The position numbers and the translations under genes were made by a program. DNA of 63,880 nt, counting the filler, from Kipferlia bialata (lineage: Eukaryota), in the NCBI GenBank assembly GCA_003568945.1. It is 5 parts of 4 records of this genome, joined end to end, with 100 filler letters (N's around TTAATTAATTAA, not from the genome) between each part and the next. Parts side by side here need not be neighbours in the genome. Positions count along the whole stretch, not along the records: positions 59,756 to 63,880 come from BDIP01000371.1; 4 more parts are not named here. One strand, given 5' to 3'. Positions 60,509 to 63,880 of this stretch are shown here, one piece after another. Under the pieces are notes generated by a model. It ran no database searches. It was not told the origin of the DNA and saw nothing but the letters and a program-made list of their open reading frames with translations. Each line of letters starts with the position of its first letter. Position 1 is the first letter of the stretch.

Positions 60509-62053
60509 TCACTCTATGTGGGTGACTCTCTCTGGACTGCACTTGTCCTTGACACGGCTTTTATCACTGACAGGGTGAGAAGGGATGGTTATGACTCGTT
60601 ACTTATGAGTCCAAGAGTGAGTGATCGAATGTCACATTCATCAACGAGTAATACATGCACTCACCCCTCTGAGGCATACCCTATGGGTACCACACACATG
60701 GGCACAAGGGTGGCAGGCAGAGACAGGAGGTTTCTGGGAGGTAAGGTGTGGATACGCAGCGTAGGGTATCTGCCATAGTCTATAGCAGTCTACTATTAGC
60801 AGACATCGGATGAGAATGTCTCTAATATGTATGTATATATACAAGTAACACTTTCTCACCCACCTCACTCTGTCCGACCTGTCCCCTGGGTATGTGGTGG
60901 TCCATACGGCACCTGGAGGTGAGAGGCAGGATCTGAAACATAGTAGTTGTACTATAATAGCACTGCTAACTACCGCTAACCTAGCCCGTGTGCGTGTGCT
61001 GCCAACAGGATGTTCTGGGTGGCACACGCACAGTCCTACGTGGTAAGAAGTTATAGTGCTATTGGGAAGACATACAGTACAAGTACCACTCTGGCTGGTC
61101 CCCTACCCACCTGCAGCCACAGGTCTCTGAACTCTGGGTGTGCAGGTATCTGTGCCACTCTGTCCATGTCACCACATATCACTATGGCAGAGGGGGCATG
61201 GGGGTAAGGGGGATGGGAGTCACTGATACAAGACACAATCAATAACACTTTATACTCTATAAATATGATATGGCATATCATATGCTACAGATGATTCTCG
61301 GTGGATGGCAATGAAACAGTGGGCATGGGGGTCAGAGTCTGACACAGAGGATAAGTCGTGGAGAAGTATATGTTCATACTTAGAGAGTTCATATTCAGTG
61401 GTGTGAAGAGACACATGGGGGATGAGGGTAGTGGTGTTATGGCGTATGCGGAGAGACATATTGGTTCCCAACCATGGTAGGTGCCTGCATCAACCAAATG
61501 CGATACGATGTCTTAGCTGTTCTCCGTACCTCTCTCACAAACTTGACCAAGGGTCTCTGTATCGACTCCAGGGTGTCTGCCACCTTGTCCAGCACTACTC
61601 GGTTGGTAACAATCACAAAGTGCCAGGGCCTGGGTGAGAGTGGATAATAGTATTTGGTATAGAGGTGTGTCCGTCATAAGTATGGACGTACTGTGCATTG
61701 CACCCTGTTGGTGCCGCACACCCTGCCTGGACAAGGTACAGGAGGGTGGACTGGGGTAAGAGTGGGTGTGTCTGTTATACAGACTCTGTATATATAGAAA
61801 GGTAAGGTAAATACTGTAGTGTGTAGAACTTACCTTTGGCACAGGCCTTGTGATGTCAAAGTGTCTTACACTCTTCCTGAGGGGTTAAAATGCGGGAGAG
61901 GTAGGTCGTCGAGTGTTTTCAGAGGGAACAGCGCATTGCCGGCGTAAAGTGTACGGTTGACACACATTCTAAGTGTGTCCGAAACTGCCTACTCAGCAGA
62001 GACACCGTACTCCTTGCCCCCCACCTTGTGAGAATGCACTCCATCAAATCCAT
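60509..62053 (-). CDS. Bacterial-type FMN-dependent nitroreductase, 9 exons
   Basis: Spliced product MDLMECILTRKSVRHFD..AGCAAPTGCNAQPWHFVIV..APSAIVICGD..WLQDCACATQNILLAAHAHGLGAVW..YP..LLSLP..VPMCVVPIGY..KDK..ERVTHIE* carries all the nitroreductase signature blocks. The first five exons are 62053-62025, 61876-61834, 61750-61692, 61629-61530, 61197-61111. Invisible in the ORF track because the exons are tiny. Confidence 0.92.
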
Positions 62054-62435
62054 CTTGGGGGGACTCATGAGGGTCAATCTCCGGGGGATTCTCAGTCGGG
62101 TATGAGGATGAGAGGAGGTCCACTGCAGCTGTTTCTAAGTGTTTGTTTCACTCCTTCTTCGGACCATGTTGACTACAGTCTCGAGTCGACTCTCAACAGC
62201 CCAACTCACTGTGGAGTCTACACTGTAGAGTGACTGGTAGAGCCACAGTTGAATGAAGCGTTTCTACCTATTTACAGCTCCGTTGGAACCTCGCTCCAGC
62301 TCTACTCCACCCATCAGTGCTTTGATCGAAATGTGAGGCACACTATACTGCTGCATAAAAAATTATTACATTTAACTATTGTTACAAGGAGTATTGGCAC
62401 ACGACTCGAGGGTTTCGTGCCCCATGTGACTCCAG

Positions 62436-63516
62436 TCACTCATACCCCTCACTCTGTGTTGGTCTTGCCATTCTTCCCCTGTAGGTCATTGGAACATGGC
62501 ATGGAATCACTCTCAAAGACTGGGGGTGGGGAAAAGTGGCAATGAGATGTATGAATATGCTATATATACACGTATACGGCACAAGTGAAACCTCCTTCTC
62601 TGTCGCAGTGCGATGTGTCAGGTCTGAGAAGGGGTAGGCACACATGTGCCAGAGTATGTCCACCCATCCCCTCATATATACATACTCCTTATACCTGTGA
62701 GCTCCAGTGCCTGGCACTGTCTGAGGAATGCACTTGCATTGACCACATTAAAGCCGGGGAAGTAGCCCTGGGGGTGAGAACTATGCAAAAGTATTCTGTG
62801 TATTCACATGTGAAGAGTAATATATATAATTTATCGGACCCACGGAAGTAGCCCTGATAGGGTGAGTGGAAGGTGTATATACCACTCATACATATACTCT
62901 GGAAGTAGCTCTGGGGGCAAGAACTCTACAAGGATATATACAATTATATGTAAGTAATGATTATTAAACCAGGGAAGTTGCCGTGACGGGGAGAGTTTAT
63001 CTGAATACACTACCCAGAAGAAGCGAAGTGGGGCGTGGGGTCTTCCATCATGGTGTACCAATTGGCATGTGGCGAGAGTGGTACCTTCGATGTCCATGCT
63101 ATGACCTTGCCCACCCCGTTCCTGCCGGCCTTGGACCTGTGGGGTGAGGGGACATATACATATACATATATATATATATAGGGTAGAGGGGGGGAGAGAG
63201 TATGAGGAGATATATAGATATATATCCCTATATATGGTAGAGAGAATTCTCAACTCATTTCAAACAGTGTATGCAGACTCAAATACATATATATATGCAT
63301 AATGTCCCCACCTCATGCCGCATGCCCAGTACACTGTCCAGTCCACCATCATGCCCCAGCTCTGGGGGAGAGAAGAGGGGAGGAGAGTGAGGGAGGGAGG
63401 GGGAGAGAGGGGCGGATATGGGAGAAATTGAGTTCACATACTGAGACACATTCTGAATAGGGAGATGGGGGGGGGGATTAGAGAGAGAAGCGATGATGCC
63501 TACCTTTGTCAGGAAC

Positions 63517-63553
<37 letters not shown>

Positions 63554-63800
63554 GGGAGAGAGCAGGCATGAGAGGGTGATACATACCTTTGTCAGGAACA
63601 CTGATACTCTTGTGGCATCCTGGATACGCCTGATCTGATGTGAGAGAGGGAAGGGGGAGAGATATATACTAGTACAATAGGAGACACACTATATGTCACC
63701 ACACATACCTCACTGAGTGGTATCACCCTCTTGGTGAACAGGGGGAAGTAGTACTTGTGGACCTCAAGCCTATCACGGAAGAGAGTCACATACTTGTCCT
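62436..63800 (-). CDS. Small uncharacterised protein (possibly PH-like fold), 5'-partial, about 7 exons
   Basis: In-phase exons DKYVTLFRDRLEVHKYYFPLFTKRVIPLSE | IRRIQ..FLTK | SWGMMVDWTVYWACGMR | ..VIAWTSK | GYFPGFNVVNASAFL.. | .. | ..EGYE*. Confidence 0.6.
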
Positions 63801-63880
63801 GGCAGGAGAGAGGGAGAGAAACAGGGGTGGGTGGGGGGGGGGGGGGGGGGGGGGGGGGTTTGAAAAAAAAAAACCACCAC

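Noticed and set aside
11490..62053. Functional gene cluster across the window
   Set aside because: Neighbouring genes are unrelated and the pieces are joined by artificial spacers.
1..63880. CRISPR arrays, rRNA, tRNA, prokaryotic operons
   Set aside because: None seen by eye; the DNA is eukaryotic and spliced. Small ncRNAs cannot be excluded without covariance-model searches.

Overview
Eukaryotic, very intron-rich genomic DNA in the standard genetic code. The window is five sequence pieces joined by four artificial 100-nt spacers (N44-TTAATTAATTAA-N44), so adjacency across spacers is unproven. The intron style (GT donors, C/CT tracts placed upstream of a branch motif 5-7 nt from the 3' end) and gene content suggest a flagellated fornicate/metamonad such as Kipferlia; this is inference only. 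Gene models spliced by hand: a giant FG-GAP/Ig-like type-I membrane adhesin with one in-frame TAG; a >=3300-aa ankyrin / triple-repeat / coiled-coil / kinase / HECT / RBR-Rcat fusion; the eL8 (RPL7A) C-terminus; TAF12-like; WDR44-like; an ASST-like type-II membrane protein lacking catalytic residues; importin alpha; a ~4060-aa helical rod ending in alpha-spectrin/actinin-like EF-hands; a dynein heavy-chain tail; the ZNHIT1 C-terminus; METTL5; a bacterial-type nitroreductase with 8 introns, one apparently GT-AT; and several hypothetical genes. The strongest candidates for something new are (1) one polypeptide carrying a kinase plus two mechanistically different catalytic-cysteine E3 modules in tandem, and (2) recurrent intronic 'echo' copies of neighbouring exon boundaries, together with relaxed 3' splice sites. 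All domain calls are by eye from motifs; no searches were run.
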